A DNA stretch of 61,844 bases, counting the filler, from Choristocarpus tenellus KU-1152 (lineage: Eukaryota; Protista; Phaeophyceae), in NCBI GenBank assembly GCA_964200185.2. It is 11 parts of 11 records of this genome, joined end to end, with 100 filler letters (N's around TTAATTAATTAA, not from the genome) between each part and the next. Parts side by side here need not be neighbours in the genome. Positions count along the whole stretch, not along the records: positions 13,513 to 19,429 come from CAXNAD020009420.1; positions 19,530 to 27,226 come from CAXNAD020005736.1; 9 more parts are not named here. The stretch is one strand, 5' to 3'. The translations under genes were made by a program, and so were the position numbers. The notes beneath the pieces are model-generated. The model searched no databases. It was not told where the DNA came from and saw nothing but the letters and a program-made list of their open reading frames with translations. Positions 13,513 through 27,326 of this stretch are shown here, one piece after another; position 1 is the stretch's first letter; each line of letters opens with the position of its first letter.

Positions 13513-14277
13513 CCCCTATCCCTTCTCCCTCTAGGATTAATCGTGTACCCCTATTCCTCCCTGTAATTCTCTTGTAGTGTATTGCCATTCCACCTTCCTT
13601 CCTTCCTTCCTTACATATCTATCTTTAGTCGTCCAAAGAGATGATAAATTTTAAAAAAAGAAACACGTATTTTTGTCAAAATTGTTCATTTCACAAAAAG
13701 TGAAGACATCATACAGCTTGCCACCATGCAGTTTAGAGCATCAAAACCGCTACGTTTTCCTACTACCTACCAAGAGGGACATCAATTCCATTTGGGTATA
13801 TATATATACCCAATAATGTCGTTTGTAGAAAGCACACACAGAAAAAAAATAAAGAGACCTCCATCTCGCCATGAAAAGGGAAAAAAAAGGACTTTGCGAA
13901 AATGAAAAAGATGGATCAATTCTGCTTCAGCATTGTGCAAATCGACTCAAAACTCTTTCGAGGACCCAGAAAAAATTGAAGTGTGCCTGCCCACCATGTG
14001 CAAGGCAAGCCAAGCAAAGCATCTGCACAAAACGCCCAGGGATGGTCACAAAAAAAAAATTGTAACTAAAGAGTAATACACATTTTCTTGCATGATAGAA
14101 CATAAATAAAGAGGATGCAAATGTGTCCATACAGGGACAGTTTCAGGATATATTCTCGCAAGGAAAAGGAAGCAATAGGATACGAATGCAATGAAAAAAA
14201 AAATTAAGAAGTAAAATGTATGCAAAAACCCACAGTACTGTCTGTGGATAAGCTATGTTGCCACCACCACGCACATT

Positions 14278-14373
14278 AATTAACTTAGTTACAATTAATA
14301 TAATTAACTTAGTTACAATTAATATAATTAAATTAGTTACAATTAATATAATTAACTTAGTTACAATTAATAT
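14278..14373. repeat. 24-bp AT-rich tandem repeat, 4 copies
   Basis: Unit AATTAACTTAGTTACAATTAATAT, with one substitution in copy 3. Confidence 0.95.
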
Positions 14374-15269
14374 GCACTTCAAAAAACGAAAGTTCCAAAA
14401 CATACTACTAATAACTCAAACAAAAAGAGAGATTAACTTAGCTCTGACATTGCCCACACAAAGAAAAAGATGGACTACAATTCTGCCAAACACCAAACAA
14501 AACTCAAGGAGGCGCTGGTCATATACAATTGTATTAATGGTTTGCTTGTAAAACTAACCCAGAGGAAACATGCCAGTTGAAAGCAAACCCCTACAACCTC
14601 GGGAAAATGCTAAGGCCCTCATCAGTGCCAGAAGCATCAAACCCTATCATGCATTATCACCCTTCAAACTCAACCCAGTTGATATCAATTTATCGTCATG
14701 TTACCATCTACACCTAGTCAACTAACCCTAGCCCTAGCCCTGGCCCTGGCCCTGGCCCTGGCCCCAGCCAAAAGTTCCAAATCTAATACAGGCAACAGGT
14801 GTCACTTGGCCAATCACAAAGGTCAGCAAAGGGGCAGGCAAATTCCTGAACCCAATACGACACCTAAACACAACCGAAGGACTCACAGCAGCATCCTCTC
14901 AACATCACTCCAACCCCATCAAAAACCTCATTTTACAAAAATATAACTCACAAGCAATTTCATAAATCAACAGCCCTTTGACCAAAGCCTCGTCATTCAT
15001 CTGATCGGTATTGAGTTCAAACAGGGACTTAATGTCCTGGAAAAATGCATTCTATTGGCTCGTTGTGACAGTTACACTGCCGTTCCATTGGTACATCTGT
15101 TGCTTCTCATACCACGCTCCCTACCCTTCAACATTACTAGGTGCTATTGATAGCATTGATCTTGGCATGGATCAACATCAAACATAGCAAGAACCGACCC
15201 TAACCCTACCCCTTTTTGGCATCACATCTTATCTCCATAGCATCACCTGTCCATAGCTGATTTCCTCAC

Positions 15270-18200
15270 CTTACTGTCTTCCCTCTCACAGTTCCGCCGT
15301 AACGCCTCCTTAATCACAACCCTGAGCGTGAGGGGGTGGGAACACAGTGTGCGTAACAATGGCCCCTCCACACATGAACCACAGCCAGCCTTATCCAACT
15401 GTTCAGAAACCTGCACGAAAGGGTCAAGACAAAAAAAAGGGAGTTCCGATGATACATCACGCCATCGAGGGGTTTCCACGCAGCTTTAATAATCCAACTC
15501 ATTACACCTTTCACAGCTAGAGCAAGATCACATCTGTAAAACCAGACAGGGAAACCAAGCATTGACATTTTGTTTCCACGCAGCGACAATGTCAATTCAA
15601 GGCTAGAACCCTAACTCTAACCCTAACCCTAACCATATCAAAAACTATAACCCTAACCATAATCTGTGTAGAAATTCATAAACAGATTAAGTACTAAGGT
15701 GGAGGGTCATCGGTTGCATTTGCATTGAAGAAGGGGTTTTGCCACAGACATACTACAATACAAAATAGTGAGGCCAATGGAAACAGGGACTAACTGCACA
15801 ACTCATAGGTGAAACTGTCATGTGCACGTTCAGAACAGAACCCATAAAAATAAGCAAGTTGTACCAAGTACTGAAGACTAGCTTGAACTATTATTGGGTT
15901 ATAAAGTTACCACAGAAAACATTTCAGGAAAAATATGAAGTAGCATTCTAACAGAATGGTCCCAATGACTACCCTAATTTTCTTAGTTGGTAGGGCACTA
16001 GGTGAGTCAAGACGTAATTGTCAGGTACTGCAGTCCTCTCTTTCCACGACCAAGACATATACCTACATCACAGACACTAGCAAAAGAGAATAACTTGCAT
16101 AATGCAGGTTGAATCACCAAAAAAGATCAAACAAGGGAGATATGTGGATTGTAATCACAAGAACAATTTCAAATAGATTAGTTAAGCCGGGATGCACAAT
16201 ACCAACACAACAACGGCTGGACAAATACAACAAACAGGCACATACACAAAAATATAAATGCATATACAGACAGACACACCTGTGTTGGCAAGAGGGGTGC
16301 TATGGCCGCAGTCTCCAGCCCCCAATAACGCCTCCTTCCCCGCTTGTCTATTGGTGCAAAGAACGCCTCAGCAGGACGTGGAAGGCCCTCCAACCCAGAG
16401 GGCCTGCAGGCAAATATTGCCTTGCACTTCCATGTAGACCAGTTGTTGACGCTCCATAGGTCTGGCATCTGATTGGATGTTGAGTTGACCGCACAGAGAT
16501 ACAAGCCTATCACATAAGTACACAACTGCTACAAAGAAAAAGACAGTACCAGTCGCCACCCTGGCATCTGATATGCATTGGGATCATTTTTTCAAAAGTG
16601 ATATTAGCTACCTGATGCCATTTCCATGGATACGTGCAAGACTGAAAGCAAATGCGGGACAGGTTTGGGTTGTCTCACTCTCTTCTCAACTCTGATGCAA
16701 GGTAATAGACAATAGTATAACAACTGGTTGTGTGGGACAACAGATTGTTAAGGACAGCTCAACATGGGTCATGATGCAGATAGAATTGAGGTTTAGAGTC
16801 AAAGAAAATTAAGTACCCGAGAGGAGGGTGCTGCTGAGTTGGAAGGGTCCCTCTGACTATTTGGTGGCACATGTTCTTGGGTCACACAGCAAAAGCTTTT
16901 GAATATATTTTGTCTGTGTTGTGAGTACCTTCAGTTTGCAGAAGCAAGTCATTCTTTTCAACAACCTTTTTCAGCAGCCTTCACCTTCTCCAAAAAAAGT
17001 TGAAAATCCCCTTGAAACTCAAACCAGCCAAAACATGCCCCCTCTCAGATACATTGCTTTGACTCCTTATTAATATCTACCACGTACTGCACACAGTAGA
17101 TACACCATCACATGCCCACAGTCGACGAACTAAATTGACATGTTGGGGAAACACATATACTACAAAGAGAAATATATATTAACAACATGTATACATGCAT
17201 AGTACGTGTGTGATCAAAACATAGGTGGAGCTAAGGAAAGGGAAATATACATGAGGGAAAGGGTTGGCACTGACCTTTGAAGCAGGCAGCCTATCAAGGC
17301 TGTCAACAATGAAGAGCAACCTCTGTTTTTGACGTACCAAGTCTAGGTCGTCTTCATTCAGACTGGCGGGATTAGAAAAAAAACAAAAAAAACAGTGTTC
17401 ACAAAAAACATGGTCCACACGCATGCAAGAAAACTTTTGTTCAAGGCTCACAAAAATATCAGAAGCGTGAAATGATGTCATACACACACACACACACACA
17501 CACACACATCCTTGGAAGGCATATTTGTGAGGGGATGTACACATGTCATATGTGTACAGGTTATATATGTGTGCCAAACAAAACAAAAAGGTTGATATAA
17601 CGTGATGGCAACGAGAGCCCAATATTATCCTTCCCATAGAAAAAGACTCATCAACCTTCTTGAGGGTGTTTCTTTCTAATGTTATATTCAAACATCCTCC
17701 AACATTTGAAACATACATAACTTCGTTCCACCAATACGACTCTATCAAACCGCCTTCAGGTAAACATCAAAATCCAAACGTCAAGCCCTGCCCTCTTTCC
17801 TCATCTCCTCACCCAAGCCACTGTGAGAAATAGTGATCTCCAATGTCGTCCAGGGGCATAGACAGCTCTCCTTCTCCTCTCTCATAGGCCCTGGCATCCA
17901 CAAGTACTGGCAGAAAGCCTCCCAATGTCATGTCAGACATGAGCTTCCGCTCCAGGAGGGACAGGAACAGTGTTTTCCCACTGCCCGCCTCTCCAGTCAG
18001 TAGGAAAACCTGATTTGAGGAGAAAGGTAACACTAACATGAGAGCAGTGTAAGGTTTTCTACACCAGTTGCTTGCGCTGTATCTATTGATTCCACAGTAT
18101 GCTTTCAAACATTAGAGTTTTCTAGATCCACCCACCATAGATGTTACCTACATCAAATCCCCATCTCCAGCAGACAGCAATCGAATCAAATTTGTGAAAA

Positions 18201-19360
18201 CCCCTGTTTACAATTAGGTACCCAAAACTAGACCAGGCGCTGAATGTTAGCTCATGCATTCTCATCACACACAAAAAAAAGGACACAAGAACAACTTAGG
18301 AAATGCATTACCAGACTTTGCTAAATATTTCTGCTGCATGGACTACCGTTGATGGTGCTTGTAGACCCTTGCAAGATGTCTCAGAGCACTCTGGGGTATG
18401 AATAATATTTTTTGGAAACTGCTTGAATATTGGCGGGTTAGGTGAGATGCTATGAGATTATTTGTGAGTGGGCACAGATTGCTCAAGAGCCCACAGAAGT
18501 CAGCCATTAGGCACTGTTAACAGCAGCATCTACCACAATAACAACAAAAACTAAAACTTTACCAGTTTGAACTTCTGATGCTTGTTTCACTAAAAAAGAT
18601 GAGAAGTTATCTAGAACAGTTCAAAGCTCATCAGATGAACAATTTAAATTGATCACTCATTTCAAGGCAGGCCATTGCACAACAACTCAACCTCCACTGC
18701 ACTTGAGAGCAATGTTCTCTCCCCAATTCTAGACAGACACACCAGAATCACTTGTGTTTCTTACTCCTGGCTGCATCATCACAAACAGCTCAATCACAGG
18801 GGGGGGAAATGATATGCATCACAGCAGCAAACATTAGGAGCCGTGGAAAATGAGGGGTAGTGTCATGACAAAAAATCAAAACCTGTATTTAAAAAAGTCT
18901 ACATGTCCCTTTGAGACAGTAGGATGCTCGTACACAGCAGCCCCCTAACCCTAACCAAAACTCTTAACCATAGATCTAACCAGAGCCCTAAGCCTCAATC
19001 TTGCTATCTTTGCTGATATTGGCATGTCTCCACTCTGGTGCCCAACAAAACTACCCTCACCTTACGCTCAGAGGTTAGGAAGGCAGTCACCCTTTCCATC
19101 AACTCCCTGCCGGCACAACCCCCGCCACTTCCACCACCATAGACACCGCCTCCACATTCATTACCTCCTCCGCTAGGCCCAACCCCTCCCACGCAGCAAA
19201 GAGGGACATAGTCCTGTAGAGCCTCCTCCAAACCAGAGGACGCACGGCGCTCCATGTTCTGACGCATGAGTTCACGGAGGGGTACACCCAGCTGCTTGGT
19301 GCCCTCAGGTTCTCCTGTGTCAATTTTTTTCTCCACATTCTCCTCCTCAACATCCTCCCC
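15270..19360 (-). CDS. NACHT-type STAND NTPase (NLR-like), internal fragment
   Basis: Phase-consistent exons ~19360-19061, 18009-17813, 17362-17275, 16468-16280, 15410-15270. Walker A VFLLTGEAGSGKT, Walker B LLFIVDSLD, sensor-1-like KAIFACR, IAPLLPTQV, and GxP-like LCSHPLTLRVV appear in the expected order. Confidence 0.85.
15608..15660. repeat. Interstitial telomere-like (CCCTAA)n island
   Basis: AACCCTAACTCTAACCCTAACCCTAACC...AACCCTAACC. Confidence 0.8.
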
Positions 19361-19396
19361 CCCCCCCCCCCCCCCCCTCTCCCCCCCCCCCCCCCC

Positions 19397-19429
<33 letters not shown>

Positions 19430-19529
19430 NNNNNNNNNNNNNNNNNNNNNNNNNNNNNNNNNNNNNNNNNNNNTTAATTAATTAANNNNNNNNNNNNNNN
19501 NNNNNNNNNNNNNNNNNNNNNNNNNNNNN
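19430..19529. other. Artificial contig spacer
   Basis: 44 N + TTAATTAATTAA + 44 N. Confidence 0.98.
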
Positions 19530-22500
19530 CTGTTGGCATGTTGTGATAGCATCTTCCAGCACTCCATCCATGCCCCCCAGGTCTCGAAGCATGCCGAGTC
19601 GATGTTTAATGCAACCCTTTGTGATGGTAAGTTCAGCCTTGTGTTGTGTTAAGCTCGTGAGCTCAATGTCATACTCCTTCATCTAGTACACAGCAACACA
19701 CACACACACATATAAATTGCACAAGATATTGGTCAATGTGGATGCAACTTCTTACATGTATTCTGGAGTACTTTGTGTGGTCTGACAATAAGCAAGACTC
19801 TAAACTGAACAAAGAGGGTTCTCAAAACTTTTGAAGCAGGAGAATCAAGAGCAGGCTCTGACTTGATCCCCAAAGAAGTGACCAATACTGGTTCAACAAT
19901 ATTTGGAGACTTTGCTTGCATTCCAATACTCCTAGATTCACAGCATTGTAATTTTGAATATGTCTGGTTTTCTGTTCTGCATAACTGCCAGGAAGCACAG
20001 CCCCAGGGAAAGGTTTCTGATATTATACCTCCTCCTTTAGCCCCCTTTCGATGTGTTCTTCTGTATTACTCATTCTCCTGGCTTGACCCTCGATCTCAGT
20101 ACACCTTGTGGAGACAAGGAAGAATTAGAGCAGGAAAATGTTCAATTCTTGTCTTGAAGGATGGACTGAGATGATGAGGGATAATGCAAGTAACGTTATA
20201 AGCTATCCAAGTGAATACTTTTCATTACTCCAGTACTGCTGCTTGATGGAATTCTTTAAAATCGATACTGATATGGCAATGCAAAATGCATTACGAAGAT
20301 TCAGGATGTTCTGGTTGGTTGCACTGACTACTCTTGGCATGACCTTCACACTTCTGTTGATCTTCCTCTCAAAGATCAAGTGTCACAACTCTTGGCAATT
20401 CCAGCCGGAGATCAAAGAGATGTTTGTAGCCACATGTGAACTATTAGGTGTAAGAAGTAATCAATCAAACAACCTAGACATGTCCTTACCTAGTAGCAGC
20501 CCTTTTTTGGACGATGTAGAATTGTATTGCCTCCTTGAGCCAGTGGGCCAAAACACCACAAACTCGATTTTCAACCTTAATATCCCTAACAGGTATTGTG
20601 CTTGCAAAATATTCTGCATCCTTCTCTTCCTCTTCAGTCTCAATTTTGTCTGCTGGTGAAATGTAGTTGTCATACATCAGATAGGAACCTAGCACCTAAT
20701 CACAACTGAAAGGGCGCATATATTATACATTCCGCTGGGTGACACAGTGGGGTATACAGTTGAAAACCGCAGTTGTTTCTCAAATTTATTTCTGGGAATT
20801 TCACTATAGATAGAAAAAAAAGTTTTGGAAAGGCATGGGGAATAGAACTATTCTCCAGTCATTGCAAAATGTGTAGTCCATATGAAAATAAGCAAGTGAA
20901 CAAGAAAATGTAATGTAGGAAAATATAGTTTCAAAGCAATAAGAAAAGTAAGGACTTCACCCCTAAGAGGACAAAGCACACACCGGGACACAAGAATCAC
21001 AAGAAGTTTATTCTAGGCCAGCATGAGAGACCAGCCAGTGGTCACAGTTCTAACTGATAGAAGAATGTTCTTACTGAAGCAGAGTGGGGAATTGTGGTGG
21101 TAACTTGGGGGAGCTCGTTGTGCGGACAAGGGAGATTGGTTCGCAGGGTAGACGGCATGTCAGTTGTTTTCTTGTGTGTTTGTGTGTGGAGGGTGTCTGT
21201 GAAGAAAATGTGTCCAATGCCTATGGAAATATTTTGTCAAGAAAATCTTAAGAATGCTGGAGTTAGGTCACATGCAAGTTTTAGCTGCAGAGCCAGGGAG
21301 TAAGTTTTTCCAAGAGTATAATGACTGATGTAAGGCCACGATTGTAGGTGCATCAAGCCTGAGCACACTCCTATTCTCCAGAAGCGAGAATGAGATTACT
21401 GTGTACTTGATACTCTAAAATTACCTAACCTTGCAAGTCCTTGCCCTGCTTGCTGGAAAGCAGATGCTGTTCTGATACCCTCTCCTTTATTTTTTTCAGT
21501 ACAATAGATAATGCTTTGTGGCCATTGACACTCTCTGGATCAAACCTGCCAACAGTGCAGTGGATATTTTTTACTAAGTTTTCTCCTACTAAATCTGTGC
21601 AGGAGATCTATTCTTAGAGGGAGGGGGTTGTGCTCAAACTTTGGTAAGGTTTTGTTCATGTGATGGTCTTACCTCTAAGGTATGTAGATACATCCGGCAT
21701 GGGCAATAGTGAGAGGCTATGAGTGATGGATAAGCCATGACAACAACATAAATTCCAAGATTCAGGGGTTACGAGAGTTTTGCAGCCCCAAAGCTCCTGA
21801 GTTGCTCAATACGACTGAAGGTCTGTTCTATCAACGTAAATATTACATTTTATGCCATGTGGCTACCTCCTAAACTTAATGTCCTTGTTGTTGTTGTCAC
21901 CCTTGCTGTGATTTTGATGCTTATCATCGATTGTTAATGTGCTTTTAAGTACAGGATAGGTTATCTGCATTGAATAAAATGTACTCAGTACTAAGTGTGT
22001 CTTGTTGGACTTCAGATGGAGCTATTTTGATCACCTGTAGATTGACATCTTCCATTCGACAGAGAATGAACTCCACCGTGGACTCGAATTTGTGTGTGAG
22101 CAAGGAGAATAATGTCGACAAAAAAGTGGAGAAAGTGATGTTTTTGGACCTGGGATTTCAACATCACAGTAAGAAGTGTAGCAGCAAGGACTCTGATCCT
22201 CACATGTAAAGCCGGTTGCAAATAGCCGGATCAAGTAGCATGGCCCTTATCATCTTTACTGCGGGCAAGTTCTTGACTCTCACCCATTCTCCCACAGACT
22301 GGGAGTAGTCACTCATATTGCCAATCATGACAGCAACTGATTCCTGGGGGATGGGCGGTGGATCCTGTGAATGTGATCGTGAGTGTAAGAGCAGCTCTTT
22401 TGAACTCATGGTCCATCTCCTATGTATAAGAATGCTTAAAACTTAGAGTACAAACTACAAACAGCATCGGTAAGTCTGGGTACATTATATCGAAGTACAC

Positions 22501-25500
22501 AAGTTCGGACACCAGAGACACTGAGTGACGTTGAGATCAGTAAAAAAAATGGTTATCATGGCACGATTGAGGTGATAGGCAAGCTTGCGGGATGAACACA
22601 TATGATCAGTCAATGGGATACTTACACAGTTCTCTTGGAAAAAATCATCTGCTATTTGTAAGATGTTCCCCACATATAAATATTAGACCCAGTGCATTTC
22701 TTCATCTAGGACCTACCCTAGAAGCTCTGGCAACACGCTCTTGAGCTTCAGTGCGGAAAGCAAGATATGAGTTTTACCCTAGCACTGCAGCTATTACACC
22801 TCAGGATTGCTGAGAAACATCAACCGCAAAAAAATTGAACTTGACATTTACTTCAAAATACACCAATATTGGCGGGGTGGTAGGTAGAAGCACTATACCT
22901 GGTACTTCACAGAAGGCAGGAGGAATGCACTGAGGAGTCATCTCCCTTCTTTTTGGAAATGGCACTACTGTCTTGTCGATGAGTTCAACACAGAAAGAAA
23001 GTGTCTATTTCATCGTCAAGTTAGCTCACCACGACGAAAGGAAGCTCTTGGTGAAATCCCTGCTGATTTTGTCGCTTGACTGGAGTAGAAATTTGTTCAT
23101 TGGCACCTTTACCCTTTGACATAGTGCCCATCCCCAGACAGAGGATGCACAGTTGCTCCATCTTTCAATATGGGGGCACAATGGAACTATGTTCAAACTC
23201 CAGCAGTGATAAGTTTATAGCAGATCGTATAAACAATGATGATACTGGACGATAGGTAGCGAGTGTGGTCACTCTTTGACTTAGGAAATACCTTCATTGC
23301 AATGGTGCTGTTTGTTTCATGCTGTACAAAAAATATGGTTGAATTGGCAGAAAAAATGAGATAATAGAAACTCAAACTAATTTGAATGACTTTGAGCCAA
23401 AGTAGCTTAGAGGGTAGAGCTGCGTCCAATTTGGGGGTCAAAATTCAATGTTGCGATTTTGATGTAATTTTGGCTATCATGTTTATTAGGAAGTGTCAAT
23501 ATCCTTGTTCCGGACGCAATTTTTCATAACGTATATATTCTACCTACTCCGAAATCATTTTGGAGTGGGAAAATGTCATAAAAAAATGGACAAACAGACA
23601 ACACTCGTACCCTCTAAGATACTTTCACTCTTTGCCCAACTCTTAACACACATTACCTCCTTCCTCTCATTTCCTCTTTGCATCTTCCACAGGACACTAT
23701 GGGCAACTGCTGCAACACGCTCTACGTGCGTTTGACACAAACGCGCAACAGAGGATATGCCTACTGTACACTCTTATCTGGACCTCAACACACCACATCA
23801 AAGAAAGAGTTGTAGCATGCCTACGTAAGAGAATCATGCAGAGGAGTCTCCACTTGGGGCCCAGTTTAAGCCTTACCCCCCAAGCTTACATGAGATTAGG
23901 AAAGGGGGGCTCAGGAAAGATAGGAGGCTTAAGGATGATTTTCTGAAGCACCTAATGTCTCATAGGTTTGCGACATCATACCTCGTCTTCAGCCAATGTC
24001 GTCAATGTCTCTCTTGCCACCTGAAAAGCTGCCCTAGCGGATTGAACGAGCTCTTCCTCCTCCTTCAACTTTTGGGCCTTCACTTCCTGTTCCTCTGCAT
24101 TTCTTGAACTCTTTTTTTTCCAAAAGAGTTGACTCTTTTGGTTACATTGTAGAGACAAGGTAAGCATCATCAATAGTCAGGAGTATGACAGCAGTATTAT
24201 GAACTGGTGAAGAAGTCGCAAAATTGTTCAGGTGGGAGTAGCAATCCCACAAAGCATATGTTCTTGGCAGGAGTTTAGTATTGACCTTTTTGACAATGAG
24301 CACTTTGGAAAGAAAAAACATGGAGAAATAATGGCCCTATTGGGAAATATTATTGTTTACCTGAAGTCTCTTCTCCTCAAGAGAAGAAGTTGCTCCAGCA
24401 TTTTCTGATAAGGCTGTCATTGTGACCTTTTGTTGAAGTTTTAGCTTTTCCTGAGAAACACCCAAATATGTGCGATGCTACAAGGTTACAGTGCTGTACT
24501 CCTTGCCATTGTGATACTCAGGACCTCTCTACACACCGCGATAAACATCAACAATATTGTTCTCCTGTTCACCCTCCATGAACTTAGAGTGAAGGTATCT
24601 TAGAGGGTACGAGTTTTGCCATGTTTATCCATTTGGGGCTTGACTTCCGATGGCATATTTTATTACACATTTTCCTACTCCAGAATGCTTCCTCCAGAAT
24701 GTTTCGGAGTAGATAAAATGTATATATCATGGAAATGTGTATCCGGAACTAGGATATATACACTTCCCAACAAACACGATAGCCAAAATTGCATCGAAAT
24801 CGTAACATTGGATTTTGACCCCCAAATGGACGAGGCCCTACCCTCTAAGATAGTTTGGCTCTTATTTTTTCCCCACCAAGTTATGTGGTTGGTGATTGGT
24901 GATACCACAATGAAATTCTCAGACCTGCTGAGAATCCCTATCGTCTGCTCTTAATCCCCACATATTAACTGCAGCAAGTGCCTGCTTGAGTATACCGGAT
25001 CTCTCGATGACCCTGCATCAGTAGGATGCAAGCAAAGTGTTTTGGGAATGGCCCATGGTCAAATCACCATGAAATCCAGCTGGTGTCAGTGTTTATTCTA
25101 GTTGCTGAGCTTGATGTGTGCAACATAGTATATTTTGATTAAAGCATAGTTTGAGCTATTGCCGATTGTTCGAAGTATCACAGTTGGCACCTATGTACCT
25201 GCATTCAATTCAAATGAAGGCACAAGTGATATGTACCCAGTGACATTGCCGTAATTATCAGCGATTTGATATTTTCAATAGATGTAGGGATGATTTGCTT
25301 GATACATAGTAGTTCATGAAGCACAGTGGTCGAAATGGACAACAATTGTACAGGAAACATTGCACATATAAATGTTGGTCTAACCCCACCCAGTTGTGCT
25401 ATTTTTATTATCATTGGAATATTCACCTCTTGCTGCCAAGTTCACACAAATATCGGAAAAGTGCTAGGACGTCGACCATTGAAGAATTATTCCTGTCAAG

Positions 25501-27040
25501 TATGCCACCTTTGAGACTCAGGTAGCAGCGCGCTTTCAGGGTGTGACAAGTTTGAGAATGAGCATCACTATCAGTGGACATTTCTCTAGTTGCCCCAATG
25601 CATCCTTCTATAGCCCTGTACATGTCAACACATGCAATCTTTCCCAACTCCATCCAGCTCTTGAAGGTCCCAGTGACTTTGCTCTCCATTGATGCAAAAG
25701 AGTCTTGGTGGGAAATGGCCGTGGTGCTGTGTAGGCGACCAAAGGCTAATATCCCAAGCATGCTAGCATGGCAAGGCAATAGGCTTGGTAGGGCAAAGGG
25801 AGCGTTGGGATGCAGAGGAAGGGATAGAATCCTCGAGGCAGCACGATATAATGATTCATTTGACCAGGTATCGAAACGTACTGCAGGACAAGTGCTCAGC
25901 ATTGGAAGTGCAGGTTCCAATACTTGAATATCCTCATCTGCAAGACAGAGCACCACAGTCAGGGACTGACGAACCATGGAAGCAAATCTACGACACAGGA
26001 AGTCAGCACCGGTTCTTGTCCAGTGGAGCCAGCGCTGGGCATTCTTTTGGTGCGTGCAGAGAGAGGTGAATTTAGATGATAGTCAAGGTTACTCTATGAG
26101 TTTTTTCTGTTCTTTACAAGAGACCTTGCATTGCTCACATATGCCAATGGTTGAATAAGTAGGAAGTGCATCAATGTGGGAGACGTTTTTCCTTTGAATA
26201 CTTCAAAATCCGCACAAAAATAAATGTTGTGATTAGGAACAGCTGGATTGTGCATCACCATGAGTTTCGGTTTCTTGCTCAACATGTTTGGAGTAAGCAT
26301 ATATACAACTACAAGTTCATGATCAATGTGTAGTGATCCTATTCTCCAATGTAATGAATCACAGATCGCAGACCTTTGGTCTGCCCATTGTTCCAGTCCT
26401 CTCCACTGTTTTTTGAATCTCTTTCTCCCCTTCCTCATGTTCTCCTTCCTCAATTCCTGAGAATCCTTTGGAACAACTGTGGACGAGCCATTCCTGTTCT
26501 TCTTCCCCAGCTGCCATGGCCAGCAGCTCTTCGTCTGCAAAAAGATTTAAAACCATACCCCTTTCCACCAAATCCCCAAGACTTCGAAAAGACTTTCCAG
26601 GGTCATGGGTATCATTTAACTGCACTGCACCTGTATTGAATGTGGAGTTGGAACTAAATGCTGCATTGGAGGTGGAGATAGAAGGAAATCTGGCATGGAA
26701 GACAATGTAACACTTGCCAGAATGTCAAATTACAATAATGAGAAAATGCCGGAGTAGATGAGGAGGAGATGCCATGGAGCATGTCCCATGATAGACATCA
26801 CAGCAAAACATGGGACCATCAACAGCATGCAGTGAAATACATTTTGGTGTACAAACTCCAATATCTGTCCAGTCTCCCAAACTGACCTTTCACAAACAGT
26901 ACAGTTTTGGTGGGAGTAAGAGGGGCTGCACAAGTGAGTGCATTGAGCTCCGTGCCATTGCACCCCGAACCATATTTTGCTCTACTCTTGTAGATTCCTC
27001 TTCCAAGGCTGGCCAGGACAGCTCTCCGCAATGTCACACG
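19530..27040 (-). CDS. Divergent dynein heavy chain fragment (AAA4, stalk CC1, MTBD region, CC2), multi-exon
   Basis: In order on the minus strand: LVERGMVLNLFADEEL (AAA4 GEVPNLF-like), FASMVRQSLTVVLCL...RFDTWSNESLYRAA, coiled-coil exons at ~24925-25013, 24361-24450 and 23982-~24110 (ARAAFQVARETLTTL), CGVLAHWLKEAIQFY (LC.WV.A...Y-like), then a coiled coil at 19530-19682. Not all exons are resolved. Confidence 0.7.
23394..23630 (-). mobile_element. MITE family B (intronic), short internal deletion
   Basis: GAGCCAAAGTAGCTTAGAGGGTAG...GTACCCTCTAAGATACTTTCACTC, flanks TTT/TTT. Confidence 0.9.
24587..24861 (+). mobile_element. MITE family B (intronic)
   Basis: GAGTGAAGGTATCTTAGAGGGTAC...CTACCCTCTAAGATAGTTTGGCTC, flanks TTA/TTA (CTTA/CTTA if the terminal C is counted in the TSD). 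Confidence 0.9.
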
Positions 27041-27129
27041 GAGTGATGCTCCCTGTGCCCATTCAGATACAGTAGCCCCTCGCTTCCGCTCAACCTTGAC
27101 AAACAGAGTTCAATTTTTACTACTGAGTG

Positions 27130-27226
27130 GGCTCAAAGTATCTGGGGGGGGTGGTGGTTGTCCATTGGGGGTCAAGTTTTTCATGTCGCAATTTTTGGGT
27201 GATTTGGTTGCATACATCCGATGGAT
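27130..27226 (-). mobile_element. MITE family A, partial copy at contig end
   Basis: GGCTCAAAGTATCTGGGGGGG...GATTTGGTTGCATACATCCGATGGAT. Confidence 0.88.
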
Positions 27227-27326
27227 NNNNNNNNNNNNNNNNNNNNNNNNNNNNNNNNNNNNNNNNNNNNTTAATTAATTAANNNNNNNNNNNNNNNNNN
27301 NNNNNNNNNNNNNNNNNNNNNNNNNN
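27227..27326. other. Artificial contig spacer
   Basis: 44 N + TTAATTAATTAA + 44 N. Confidence 0.98.
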
